The notes below the pieces were generated by a model. The model was not told the DNA's origin. It ran no database searches and saw nothing but the letters and a program-made list of their open reading frames with translations. A DNA stretch of 36,996 nt. It comes from Candidatus Muiribacteriota bacterium. Its GTDB lineage: Bacteria; Muiribacteriota; Muiribacteriia; Muiribacteriales; Muiribacteriaceae. The position numbers and the translations under genes were made by a program. Below, in pieces: positions 7,107-16,540 of the stretch. The DNA is taken from NCBI GenBank assembly GCA_051747805.1, contig JBNJGP010000016.1, positions 1 through 36,996 on the forward strand, in the 5' to 3' direction. Every line of letters begins with the position of its first letter. Positions within the stretch are counted from its first letter, which is position 1.

Positions 7107-9407
7107 TTACAAATTTAATTCAACAACAGAAACACCGTCCTGACCGGAGAAATAGTCCGCAAATTCTATTTTTTTTATTCTTTTGTCATTTTTTAAATAT
7201 TTAAGAATTTCTTTTCTTAAAATACCTTTACCATGTACTATACGGATAATCGAAGTTTTATAACAAAAAGCCAGTTGAAGAAACTTTTCAACCTCTTCAA
7301 TTCCATCTTCTATATTTAATCCAATAACTTTAATTTCGCTTTTTTCCGGGGAATTCATTTTAACTTTAGTTTTTGACTTGTTTTTTTCGGATTTTTTTTC
7401 TTTTTTTAAAAAAATATTATTAAAATCAGTAGTAAAAATTTTCCCTTTTATAGAAACAACTATTTTACCTTTTTCTTTCTTTTCTAATATACCTTCGGTA
7501 TTTAAACTTTTAATAAAAACTTCGCTCCCTTTTTTTAAATCTTTGGCCTGTGGTTTTAAAAGCTTTGGCAATTCTTCTTGTGGGTTAAGAGTTTTTTTAA
7601 TTTTTTTTATCTGGATTACAGGTTCATAAAAATCTGCAACATCTTTTTTTGATTTTACTTTTTCAAATTTATCAAGGGCCTTTGTTCTATATTCTGAAAA
7701 TTCTTTTTCAAGCTTATCGAGTTTTTTAGAAAATTTTTTATTCATATCTTTTTCAATCTTGTTCCTTGTAAAATCTAAATCTTTCTGTTTTTCTTCTAAA
7801 TAAATATTGTTTTTGATAATTTTTTCCTTCTCTATTCTTAATTTTTCTTTCTCATCTTTAAGGGCCTTTATAAACTCCTCAGTATCAAAACTGTTTTCTT
7901 TTCTGTACTTCATTGCTTTATTAATTATTAACCTGTCAATTCCACTTTTTTTTGCGATTTCAAAAGCATAGCTGGAATTCACAGAATTATAATCTAACTT
8001 AAACAGAGGAATATTTTTTTTTATATCAAAAAGCATTGAAACTGACTGAACAAAACTTTTTTTAAAAAAATGATATTTTATTTTATTTATATGAGTTGTA
8101 ATTGCCACCTTTACTTTTTTTTCTATAAACTCCTCAATAATAGCTACGGCAAGGGCAGCACCCTCTTCCGGGTCAGTCCCGGAAGTAATTTCATCAATTA
8201 AAACAATTGTTTTTTCATCTGAAGAGGCCAAAATGTCTGATATCTGCTTTAGATGCCAGGAAAAAGTGGACATATCGTTTAAAATAGAAGATTCATCCCC
8301 GAAAACCCCAAACACTTGAGAAAAAACAGGTATTTCAGAGCCCTCATCGCAGCTAATCGGAATAGCCATCTGAAAAAGAAGAGCTGAATAATATAATGTT
8401 TTTAAAACTACAGTTTTCCCACCAGCATTGGGTCCAGTTATAAGAAATAAATCTTTATCTTCCGTAAAAATTATATCTGCTGGAATTGATTTTTTTTCTT
8501 CAATCAGAGGATTATGAACAGACGACAAATAAATTCTTGAGCTTATATAAGGGTAGGTTTTATTTAAGGCTAAATATTTTGATTTGGCAAATGCAATATC
8601 TGCCTTAATAAAAAAATCGTACATTTGCTTAATAAAATAATTGTTTTCTATAATAAAATTCGAAATTTTTTTAAAAAAGTTATATATTATTTTCTTTTTT
8701 CTACCCTTAAGCTCAATAATACTGTTATTGAGCTCAACAAGCCAGAAAGGCTCTCCATATAATGTAGCTCCCGAATCAGAATAATAATGTGCCAGTACAT
8801 TTTTTTTCGGGGTGTTTGTCCTTTTAAACGGTATTACATAACGGTCATCAACATATTTATAAAAGGTGTCTGAGAGCTTTTCTTCATTCTGATTAATAAA
8901 TGAGTTTATTTTACCTAAAATTTCTTCATTTTTCTGATTTATCTGATTTAATAAAATACTTACCTGCGGAATATTTCCCTCAACAAATTTGTTATTTTCA
9001 AACACAAAATCAAATTTATTTTTAAATTCTTTTATAAACTCAACTGGTATCTGATTTGAAATTTCATTATTTACAGGAAACTCTTCTTTTCTATTAAACT
9101 TTTCATAAAATTTTTTAGAATTTTTTACAAGTAAATAAAAAGATTCTATTTCTTCTTTCTCAAAAATATTACCTTTTATAGCAGTTTTTTGAATAAACGA
9201 TTCAGGAGAAGTTGAATTTAAAAAGTAAAAATCATGGTTAATATAACTTTCTGAAAGCTCTTTGATTCTATTTATCTTAAACTCAAGTTCTTTTTTATCC
9301 GTAATCAAATTAGAACTGTGAATAATCCGGGAAGATATTTCCCAGTTACAGAATGAACTAACCTTATCTAATATAATTTTTAATTCGTTTTTAATATTGC
9401 TGTTCAT
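7107..9407 (-). CDS. mutS2: MutS2 endonuclease / ribosome-collision sensor
   Basis: SDSGATLYGEP, Walker A ITGPNAGGKT, STFSWH, LIDEITSGTDPEEG, coiled coil, KOW-like region and C-terminal Smr domain (IVHGKG...GQDGVSVVEL). Confidence 0.92.
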   Translation of the reverse strand: MNSNIKNELKIILDKVSSFCNWEISSRIIHSSNLITDKKELEFKINRIKELSESYINHDFYFLNSTSPESFIQKTAIKGNIFEKEEIESFYLLVKNSKKFYEKFNRKEEFPVNNEISNQIPVEFIKEFKNKFDFVFENNKFVEGNIPQVSILLNQINQKNEEILGKINSFINQNEEKLSDTFYKYVDDRYVIPFKRTNTPKKNVLAHYYSDSGATLYGEPFWLVELNNSIIELKGRKKKIIYNFFKKISNFIIENNYFIKQMYDFFIKADIAFAKSKYLALNKTYPYISSRIYLSSVHNPLIEEKKSIPADIIFTEDKDLFLITGPNAGGKTVVLKTLYYSALLFQMAIPISCDEGSEIPVFSQVFGVFGDESSILNDMSTFSWHLKQISDILASSDEKTIVLIDEITSGTDPEEGAALAVAIIEEFIEKKVKVAITTHINKIKYHFFKKSFVQSVSMLFDIKKNIPLFKLDYNSVNSSYAFEIAKKSGIDRLIINKAMKYRKENSFDTEEFIKALKDEKEKLRIEKEKIIKNNIYLEEKQKDLDFTRNKIEKDMNKKFSKKLDKLEKEFSEYRTKALDKFEKVKSKKDVADFYEPVIQIKKIKKTLNPQEELPKLLKPQAKDLKKGSEVFIKSLNTEGILEKKEKGKIVVSIKGKIFTTDFNNIFLKKEKKSEKNKSKTKVKMNSPEKSEIKVIGLNIEDGIEEVEKFLQLAFCYKTSIIRIVHGKGILRKEILKYLKNDKRIKKIEFADYFSGQDGVSVVELNL

Positions 9408-9814
9408 AATTCCTTAATAAAAGATGGTATTGAATACATTTTTGATTCTTTGTCTATAAAAACATGAACAGTAAAACCTTTAGCACAAATATTATTATCA
9501 CTTTCTTTTTTTATTAAATAGTTAAATTTAATTCTTTTTGAGTCAAGAATTTCAAATTGTGTTTCAATATTTAAAATATCATCATAAAAGCATGGTTTTT
9601 TGAACTTGCAATAAGCTTCTCTTACAGGAAGAAAAAACCCTTTTTTATTTTCAATGTCCTTATAAACAATGTTTTTTTTCCTGAAAAATTCAGTTCTTCC
9701 TATTTCAAACCAGGTAAAATAATGGGAATTATAGGCTCGCCCCATTTTATCAACCTCCGAATATCTAACCTGTATCTGTTTTTTAATTTTTATTTTATCC
9801 ATCTTATTCATCAT
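9404..9814 (-). CDS. Acyl-CoA thioesterase (YbgC/4HBT hot-dog family)
   Basis: VRYSEVDKMGRAYNSHYFTWFEIGR motif. Confidence 0.9.
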   Translation of the reverse strand: MMNKMDKIKIKKQIQVRYSEVDKMGRAYNSHYFTWFEIGRTEFFRKKNIVYKDIENKKGFFLPVREAYCKFKKPCFYDDILNIETQFEILDSKRIKFNYLIKKESDNNICAKGFTVHVFIDKESKMYSIPSFIKEL

Positions 9815-11531
9815 CCATCTGAGTTACACGAACAACCTCTTCAATAGTAGTTATACCAGCAAGAACTTTTCTCAGACCATCTTCTCTTAGAGTAAACATG
9901 CCAGACTTTCTTGCCTCTGTTTTTATCACACTGGTTGCAGACTTTAAAACAATAAGCTCCCTGATTTTTTCATTTGGAATCATTATTTCATTTATTGCAA
10001 TTCTTCCTTTATAACCAGAGAATTTACATTTCTGACAACCCCGGCCAACATATATTTTCTGATTTTTATCAGGTTCCACTTTTGCCAGAGAAAAAATTTT
10101 ATTAAGGACGTCTTTTTTCATATTAACTTCTGTTTTGCAGTCCGGACATATTTTTCTTACAAGCCTCTGTGCCATCATACATATTACAGAAGAGGCAACA
10201 AGAAAGGGTTCAACTCCCATATCAATAAGCCTGGTAACCGCTCCGGCCGAATCATTTGTATGAACAGTTGAAAACACAAGGTGACCGGTCAGGGCTGCTC
10301 TTATGGAAATCTCGGCAGTTTCATAATCTCTTATTTCTCCCACCATCACAACATCCGGGTCCTGTCTTAAAATAGATCTTAGTCCATTGGCAAATTCATA
10401 TCCAGCTTTAGGATTCACCTGAGACTGATTAATCAGCGGAAGCTGATACTCTACAGGGTCTTCAATTGTTACAATATTTTTATCTATAGAGTTTATTTTA
10501 TCCATTGCTGAATAAAGAGTTGTTGATTTACCCGAGCCAGTAGGACCAGTAACCAGAATAATTCCATTTGGTTTTACAATAACAGAAGAAAAACTTTTTA
10601 ATACATCTTTTGAAAATCCCAGCTCCTCAAGATTAAAAACTTCACTCTGTTTATCAAGAATTCTTATTACAACCTTTTCTCCGTGAACAGTAGGAAAAGT
10701 TGAAACCCTGACATCAAGTTCCTTATCCGATGATTTTATTTTTACTCTTCCGTCCTGCGGAACCCTTTTTTCAGCTATATCAAGATTTGATATTACTTTA
10801 ATTCTTGAAACTACGGGTGCTTCTAACTTTTTAGGAAGGCTCATAACTTCCTGCAGCATGCCATCAATTCTGAAACGTGTCCTTACAACTTTATCATCAG
10901 GTTCGACATGAATATCTGAGGCCCCATACTCAACAGCTTTTTCCATAATAAGGTTAACAAGCTTAATTACAGGAGCCCCTTCACCCTGAGTTATACTTAC
11001 AGCATCAAAATTTTTAAACCCCAGGTCTTCTATACCATGAATTTTCTGGGTATAATTATGAAGTTCATTTGTATCACTAATTTTAGATACTTTTTCTTCC
11101 ATATCATAATACTTATTAATAGCCTCGCTTATTTCCTGCTCAGTAGAAACCAGTGGTTTAATCTCACAGCCAGTTATGTTTTTCAGACTATCAATAATAA
11201 AACTGTCTAAAGGGTCAACCATCGCTACCGAAAGAGTGTTTTTCACCCTTAATATTGCTATTAAACGATACTGCTGTGCAATGTTTCTCGGAATTGTTTT
11301 TACAACTTTAGGGTCTATTAGATAATTTGAAAGATTAGCATAGGAAATTTTTAATTTTTTTTCATAAAATTCGAGCAGTTTTTTTTGAGAAATATATTTA
11401 TTTTTAAGCAGAATATAAACAAGCCCTTCACCACTTTTTTTATGTTCTGCAAGACTTTTAATCATGTTTTCTTTATTTACAAGTCCAGCCTCAACCAAAG
11501 CTTTACTTACAAGATCTCTTTCAATTTTCAC
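9804..11531 (-). CDS. PilB/GspE-family assembly ATPase (stand-alone paralogue)
   Basis: GTG start; ASDIHVEP, DIAEKRVPQDG, Walker A GPTGSGKSTT, TIEDPVE, LRQDPDVVMVGEIRD, TGHLVFSTVH, CxxC...CxxC zinc motif. Confidence 0.95.
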   Translation of the reverse strand: MKIERDLVSKALVEAGLVNKENMIKSLAEHKKSGEGLVYILLKNKYISQKKLLEFYEKKLKISYANLSNYLIDPKVVKTIPRNIAQQYRLIAILRVKNTLSVAMVDPLDSFIIDSLKNITGCEIKPLVSTEQEISEAINKYYDMEEKVSKISDTNELHNYTQKIHGIEDLGFKNFDAVSITQGEGAPVIKLVNLIMEKAVEYGASDIHVEPDDKVVRTRFRIDGMLQEVMSLPKKLEAPVVSRIKVISNLDIAEKRVPQDGRVKIKSSDKELDVRVSTFPTVHGEKVVIRILDKQSEVFNLEELGFSKDVLKSFSSVIVKPNGIILVTGPTGSGKSTTLYSAMDKINSIDKNIVTIEDPVEYQLPLINQSQVNPKAGYEFANGLRSILRQDPDVVMVGEIRDYETAEISIRAALTGHLVFSTVHTNDSAGAVTRLIDMGVEPFLVASSVICMMAQRLVRKICPDCKTEVNMKKDVLNKIFSLAKVEPDKNQKIYVGRGCQKCKFSGYKGRIAINEIMIPNEKIRELIVLKSATSVIKTEARKSGMFTLREDGLRKVLAGITTIEEVVRVTQMDDE

Positions 11532-11545
11532 CTAAAAAACCCCCG

Positions 11546-12001
11546 TTAAAATTTTTGAATTCTACCACTTACTTTTACGCTGTTTAAAATCCCATTAATA
11601 AATCTGTATGAACCCGAGTCAGCATAAGTTTTGGAAAGCTCAACTGCCTCGTTAATTGTAACTATACCAGGGATTTTTTCTATATTTTCAAACTCATAAA
11701 TTGCAATCCTTAATATATTAAGCTCTATAAGACTGATTCTTTCAAAATCCCAGTTATCACTGAACTCTTTAATTTTGTTATCAAGATTTTCTCTTGAGTT
11801 TATTACACCTTCAATAAGATTCTGAGCTTGCTTAATATTGGGTTTTCTGATTTCTGCGTCCTCTACCATTTCAGAAAACAGACTCTTTATTTGTTCTTCC
11901 AACAAATGTTTTTTAAAAAAATTTGAATCAAACTCAAGCTGATAAAGTATCTTTAAAGCTATTTCTCTCATTATTCTTCTTATATTGAGTTTTTTGCCCA
12001 T
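11546..12001 (-). CDS. nusB: Transcription antitermination factor NusB
   Basis: RRIMREIALKILYQ, WDFERISLIELNILRIAIYE, INEAVELSKTY, FINGIL. Confidence 0.95.
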   Translation of the reverse strand: MGKKLNIRRIMREIALKILYQLEFDSNFFKKHLLEEQIKSLFSEMVEDAEIRKPNIKQAQNLIEGVINSRENLDNKIKEFSDNWDFERISLIELNILRIAIYEFENIEKIPGIVTINEAVELSKTYADSGSYRFINGILNSVKVSGRIQKF

Positions 12002-12939
12002 TATATAATTCCTTCTTCCTTTAATATTTTTTCAAAATCATAATAACTTCTGGAGCTGATTAAGAGATGTTTAATCTTTTTTTTAAAATTTTTTTTATAA
12101 TAAGGAAAAAATTTTCTTATTAATATATACGCTTTATCTCTGCCATAATAGTTTATCATTTCTTTGTAATGTTTTCCAAAAAAATTACCCTTACTTCCTT
12201 CTTCATTTTTAATTAAAAAAGGATTCTCAAAAAAACCTCTGCCTATCATAACACCTTCACATCCAGTTTTTTTTAAAATTTCATCTATATTATTTAATGT
12301 TTTTATGTCGCCGTTTGCTATAACAGGAATATTTACTGAATTATTTATTTCTTTTATTTTTAAATAATCTACCTTTCCAGAAAAAAAATCTTTTTTACTT
12401 CTACCATGCACAATAATAAAATCAACCCCTGCTTCAGAAGCAGCCTTACAAAGTTGCAACCCTTTATCATCAGAATTATTTATACCGGTTCTTGTTTTAA
12501 TACTTAATATTTTTTCAGGGAACTCTTTTTTAATTTTTTTAATTATGTTAATTGCTTCATTTATATTATCTAAATAATAACAGCCAGCTTTAGCCTTAAG
12601 CACTTTTTTAACAGGACACCCCATATTTATATTAATAAATTCATATGGGAATTTTTTTTCAAGAATTTCAATTGATTTTAAAAAAGAAGCAACTTTATTA
12701 CCAAAGAGTTGAATAGAAAAAAATGGATCCCAACTTAAAGCCTCATAATAATCAAGCATTTTCAGAGTTTTTTCATTTTCTCTGCAAAGCGCCTCAACAC
12801 TTATCATTTCAGTAAAAATAAGGGAGGCTCCCATTTTTTTTATTAGTTTACGCCAGGGCAAATCTGTATAACCGGCTATCGGTGCCGTTATAATATTATT
12901 TTTTAAAATTTTATTTTTTATTTTGAGTTCTTTTATCAT
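12001..12939 (-). CDS. dusB: tRNA-dihydrouridine synthase (DusB-like)
   Basis: APIAGYTD, TEMIS, QLFG, INMGCP (catalytic Cys), VHGR, IANGDI, GVMIGRG. Confidence 0.9.
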   Translation of the reverse strand: MIKELKIKNKILKNNIITAPIAGYTDLPWRKLIKKMGASLIFTEMISVEALCRENEKTLKMLDYYEALSWDPFFSIQLFGNKVASFLKSIEILEKKFPYEFININMGCPVKKVLKAKAGCYYLDNINEAINIIKKIKKEFPEKILSIKTRTGINNSDDKGLQLCKAASEAGVDFIIVHGRSKKDFFSGKVDYLKIKEINNSVNIPVIANGDIKTLNNIDEILKKTGCEGVMIGRGFFENPFLIKNEEGSKGNFFGKHYKEMINYYGRDKAYILIRKFFPYYKKNFKKKIKHLLISSRSYYDFEKILKEEGII

Positions 12940-13604
12940 AGTTTTTTATTTTGAATTATATATTCAATAGCTTTAATAATAAGCTCTTTATCATAATAAA
13001 AATTTTCAAAAAGATAAAATGGAATTAAAGCTTCACCACCTGTGATAAAAATATTTTTTATATTAATATGTTTTTTTATAATTTTTTTTAAAAATTCAGA
13101 CTGCATTAAATAAATTCCTGAATATAACGCCTGAGAGGTATTTACAGGATTATTTGCTGTTTTTGTTTGAGAGCTTAAATTTTTTTTTACTTCTTTAATT
13201 GTTTCAAACCCCTTTAACATCATATTTTTGGAGGGAACAATATATCCTCCTTTAAAAACACCATCTTTAATAAGGTTAACGGTTGTTGCAGTTCCGAAAC
13301 TGTAAAAAACAAAATCTTTTTTTATTATTTCATAAATATATTCAGCAATAAGTATTCTATCTATTCCGAGCCCGGTAAAGTCATACTCATAATGAAGGTT
13401 GAGGGAAATATTTTCCTTGTTTAAAATACAAATGTTTTTTAAATCTTTTATTGATTTATTTTTGTATTTTGATGAAGTAAAAACTGCCCATATTTTGGTT
13501 TCATAACTAATAGAATACTCAAGAAATCTCTCATAATTATCAAAAGATTTAATTGTTTCATTTTTTTTTACTTTTATATTTGAATTGCCAAATTCAACTA
13601 TCAC
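12936..13604 (-). CDS. coaX: Type III pantothenate kinase (divergent)
   Basis: EFGNSNIK, LGIDR, SFGTATT, GGYIVP, NPVNTSQALYSG, ITGGEA; coaX-dus adjacency is a common arrangement. Confidence 0.85.
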   Translation of the reverse strand: MIVEFGNSNIKVKKNETIKSFDNYERFLEYSISYETKIWAVFTSSKYKNKSIKDLKNICILNKENISLNLHYEYDFTGLGIDRILIAEYIYEIIKKDFVFYSFGTATTVNLIKDGVFKGGYIVPSKNMMLKGFETIKEVKKNLSSQTKTANNPVNTSQALYSGIYLMQSEFLKKIIKKHINIKNIFITGGEALIPFYLFENFYYDKELIIKAIEYIIQNKKL

Positions 13605-14028
13605 TTTTTTTATGTTCTTCTTTCTTTTTCATCACAGCAAGAATAACCGGTTTATACTCATCCAGCAGAGATGTTTTCTGATCAAAATAAATCACAGCCG
13701 ACTTTGAGGATAAAAAACCAAGAAAACCTGCAACAAAGTTTATAATCTGTATATATTCAATATAATTATTAAAATGATAAAGAATTAAATAATGACTTAA
13801 AAGATAAAAAAATATAAAATCTATAAAAGGAACAATATTAATCAGAAATTTATGAAAATAAAGTTTAGGAGTAAAATATGCGTATTTGACAATATCTCCC
13901 CTGTTAAGAGGCCACTTGGACTTAACCTCGATTTCTGACTCTATTTTTGTAAGGGGAGATACTGTTACATAATCATTATCTGGATTGACTTTTCTAACTA
14001 TTCCCGTTTTTAACACAACTTTATTCAT
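13594..14028 (-). CDS. RseC/MucC-like membrane protein
   Basis: GIVRKV...VTV, GDIV followed by two TM helices (IVPFIDFIFFYLL; FVAGFLGFL) and a C-terminal PVI, matching RseC architecture; located downstream of the apbE module; no Cys residues. Confidence 0.55.
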   Translation of the reverse strand: MNKVVLKTGIVRKVNPDNDYVTVSPLTKIESEIEVKSKWPLNRGDIVKYAYFTPKLYFHKFLINIVPFIDFIFFYLLSHYLILYHFNNYIEYIQIINFVAGFLGFLSSKSAVIYFDQKTSLLDEYKPVILAVMKKKEEHKKSDS

Positions 14029-14070
14029 TCAGACTATTCCTTTTAAATTATCAGCAGTTATAACCTTAAT

Positions 14071-14197
14071 CAGCAATTCTCAATTTAGCCGAAAATCCTT
14101 TAGTGGTCAGGCCTACACACTTTACTTTTTCGCAAAGTGATGTCGGCGCTGACCCCATCAAATCAAGGATTTTCTCTATTTTCATTGAGAATTGCTG
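14071..14197. mobile_element. MITE, 127 bp, with 14-bp perfect TIRs and a 9-bp target-site duplication
   Basis: CAGCAATTCTCAAT (14071-14084) / ATTGAGAATTGCTG (14184-14197); direct repeat AACCTTAAT at 14062-14070 and 14198-14206; inner inverted repeat GAAAATCCTT/AAGGATTTTC; more GC-rich than its flanks. Confidence 0.9.
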
Positions 14198-14223
14198 AAC
14201 CTTAATCCTCTGGTATTAATTCT

Positions 14224-14727
14224 TTATTTCCATAATCTGTGAAGTTGTTTTATAACAAAAAAAGAAGCAATACCTGTTAAGATTCCATTAATTATACCAA
14301 ATATAAACAAAGTTTTAAAGAGAGGAAGAAACTCAGTATTTAAAACAAGTGTCAAAAAGGTAACCTGGGCAAAAGTCGAGGAAATGCCACCCCACATGCT
14401 AACTGGTATAATAGAAAAATTCATTTTTTTTCTTAATATCCACATAGTAAAAAAAGATAGAAACCCTCCACTTGCAGCAAGACCGGCTATCACCAGATTA
14501 ATCCCCGCATAAAGCATAGAATTAAGCAATATTTTAAAAATCACTATTATAAAACTGTTTTTAAACCCAAGAATTTCAATTGATATGATTACAGGAATAT
14601 TTGCCAGTCCAACCCTTATCATAGGGGTAAACGAAAACATGCTTCTGTCAATAATATTTAAAATAAAAGCAGAAGAAATTAAAATAGAGCATAATATTAA
14701 TTTATGATTACCACGTAACTCCATCAA
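14224..14727 (-). CDS. Gx transporter family membrane protein (heptaprenyl diphosphate synthase component I-like)
   Basis: RVGLANI motif, SGGFLSF, SIIPVSMWGGISSTFAQ, GILTG; about 5 TM helices; follows a NusG-II gene as is typical. Confidence 0.85.
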   Translation of the reverse strand: MMELRGNHKLILCSILISSAFILNIIDRSMFSFTPMIRVGLANIPVIISIEILGFKNSFIIVIFKILLNSMLYAGINLVIAGLAASGGFLSFFTMWILRKKMNFSIIPVSMWGGISSTFAQVTFLTLVLNTEFLPLFKTLFIFGIINGILTGIASFFVIKQLHRLWK

Positions 14728-15076
14728 GTCTGGATTCTCCTATAATTTTTATATTTATTTCCTGAGGGACACAAATTATAAACTCCCCTTCTTTTGAAAT
14801 CATACCTTTATTAACACAAATCTGATGGGGACAGATATTTTCCTTTATGAAAACCCCGCCTTCCTTAATATTTACAGAGGCCTGATTAATTTCAACCTGT
14901 CTATCTTTATTCATAGAATATTCATACTTTTTGTCTGGAGTTATAATAATAACCTTCTTTTTTTCTTCTGAGTTTACTGTATTAAATAAAAAAAGAAAAA
15001 GAAAAAGAAAAAAGGCCAAAATATATAAAATAGAGTCCTTATTTTGATATAATTTTAATTTTTTCTTCATATTCAT
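14708..15076 (-). CDS. NusG domain II-containing membrane-anchored protein
   Basis: N-terminal TM helix; CPHQICVNKGMISKEGEFIICVPQEINIKI three-Cys motif. Confidence 0.9.
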   Translation of the reverse strand: MNMKKKLKLYQNKDSILYILAFFLFLFLFLFNTVNSEEKKKVIIITPDKKYEYSMNKDRQVEINQASVNIKEGGVFIKENICPHQICVNKGMISKEGEFIICVPQEINIKIIGESRLDGVTW

Positions 15077-16004
15077 TGTTTATAAAATAAATTTCACTAA
15101 AAGAAAGAACATCTTTTTTTTCAACTGTCCATTCATATCCAGTTAAAAAAAGAGCTGTTGATAAAAAATCTGCCCTTTCGGCCTTTTTGGCCACTACTGT
15201 AACAGAATTAAACTTACCAGCTGGATAACCGGTAAAGGGCGAAAGCACATGATGATATTTTTGTCCCTCAACTTGAAAACTCCTCTCATAATCACCGGTA
15301 GTGGCTGTCGCTTCTCCTGAGTTCAGCTCTATTACCTTAATTATTCCGGGTTCAACCGGATGTTTTATTCCAATTTTAAAAATTCTATTTTCATCTTTTG
15401 AAAACACTCTTAAATCCCCGCCTAAATCAATAATAAACTCGTTTAAATTCATTTGATTTAAATATTCAAAAATTAAATCCACCAGAGTTCCTTTTGCAAA
15501 CCCCCCTAAATTTATCCGAGCATTGTTTTTCAACTTTACAGTGTTTTCTGTAATTTTAATATTTTTATATCCTACTTCTTGAAGTTTATTTTTTATTTGA
15601 TTTTTTTCAGGCAACTTATATTTTTGATTATCGAACCCCCATAACCTTAAAAGCGGTTGGGTGGTAATATCAAAGTGCCCGTCTGTTTTTTTAGACATCT
15701 GTACAGCCCTCTGAATAATTTCTTGAAAATCTTCTGATGGATTATTAAGTTGTTTTTCCTGGTTTAATTTAAATATATAGCTGGATTTTCTGTTAACCGA
15801 GTATTTTTTCTCAAATTCAGAACATATTTTTTTTATATCTTCTTTTACTTTTATATAACTGAAAAAATTTAATGAATTTATTTTAACCTGTGCAACTGTT
15901 GAAAGAGTTGTAAAAAAAATCTGTCTCTGAAAGGGAATTAAAAAAATTATTATAATTATTGTAGTTACAGTTGTAAAAAAAAGACTAAGAGGTTTTATTT
16001 TCAT
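15039..16004 (-). CDS. apbE: FAD:protein FMN transferase ApbE
   Basis: GHFDITTQPLLRLWGF, INLGGFAKG, IDLGGD, ATTGDYER, YHHVLSPFTGYP, SVTVVA...ADFLSTALF; likely start MKIKP at 16004, with a TM anchor and no lipobox Cys. Confidence 0.93.
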   Translation of the reverse strand: MKIKPLSLFFTTVTTIIIIIFLIPFQRQIFFTTLSTVAQVKINSLNFFSYIKVKEDIKKICSEFEKKYSVNRKSSYIFKLNQEKQLNNPSEDFQEIIQRAVQMSKKTDGHFDITTQPLLRLWGFDNQKYKLPEKNQIKNKLQEVGYKNIKITENTVKLKNNARINLGGFAKGTLVDLIFEYLNQMNLNEFIIDLGGDLRVFSKDENRIFKIGIKHPVEPGIIKVIELNSGEATATTGDYERSFQVEGQKYHHVLSPFTGYPAGKFNSVTVVAKKAERADFLSTALFLTGYEWTVEKKDVLSFSEIYFINNEYEEKIKIISK

Positions 16005-16530
16005 CTTTAAACCTGTAAAATTCAATTATATTATTACCATACCGTCTCTGTGTAAGAAGCGAAGAATCAGCTTTTATTATTTCACGTTTATGCCTTCTCA
16101 TAATAAATAACCCTTTTTTTTTAAGACAGTTCAGCTTTTTAATTAAATTGAGAGTATGTTCGCACAAATTTAAACCAAATGGAGGGTCTGCAAATATCAG
16201 GTCAAATTTTTTGTTTAAATTAAGACCTTTAAATATATCTTTACAAATAATATTCACATTTTCTGTTAAATCAAAAGCCTCGGCAGTAGCCTTAAGTTTT
16301 GGTATTAACCTGGGGTTTTTTTCCACCATGGTAACATGTTCGGCGCCTCTTGAAAGAGCCTCCCATGAAAACATGCCAAAACCTGCATAAAGTTCTAGTA
16401 CCGATACATCCTCTACATCACCAAGAATATTAAACAAAGCTTCCTGAATATGATTTGTAAGCGGTCTTGTTTTAACATTATCAATTGAATATATTTTTCT
16501 GCCCTTTAATTTTCCTGAAATTATTCTCAT
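15985..16530 (-). CDS. rsmD: 16S rRNA m2G966 methyltransferase RsmD
   Basis: MRIISGKLKGRK, TRP, EALFNIL, EALSRGA, FADPPF; lies downstream of recG. Confidence 0.93.
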   Translation of the reverse strand: MRIISGKLKGRKIYSIDNVKTRPLTNHIQEALFNILGDVEDVSVLELYAGFGMFSWEALSRGAEHVTMVEKNPRLIPKLKATAEAFDLTENVNIICKDIFKGLNLNKKFDLIFADPPFGLNLCEHTLNLIKKLNCLKKKGLFIMRRHKREIIKADSSLLTQRRYGNNIIEFYRFKDENKTS

Positions 16531-16540
16531 ATAAAACAGA

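Noticed and set aside
14071..14197. Long hairpin as SRP RNA, 6S RNA or a riboswitch
   Set aside because: No SRP or riboswitch consensus recognised; perfect TIRs plus a 9-bp direct repeat are better explained by a MITE.
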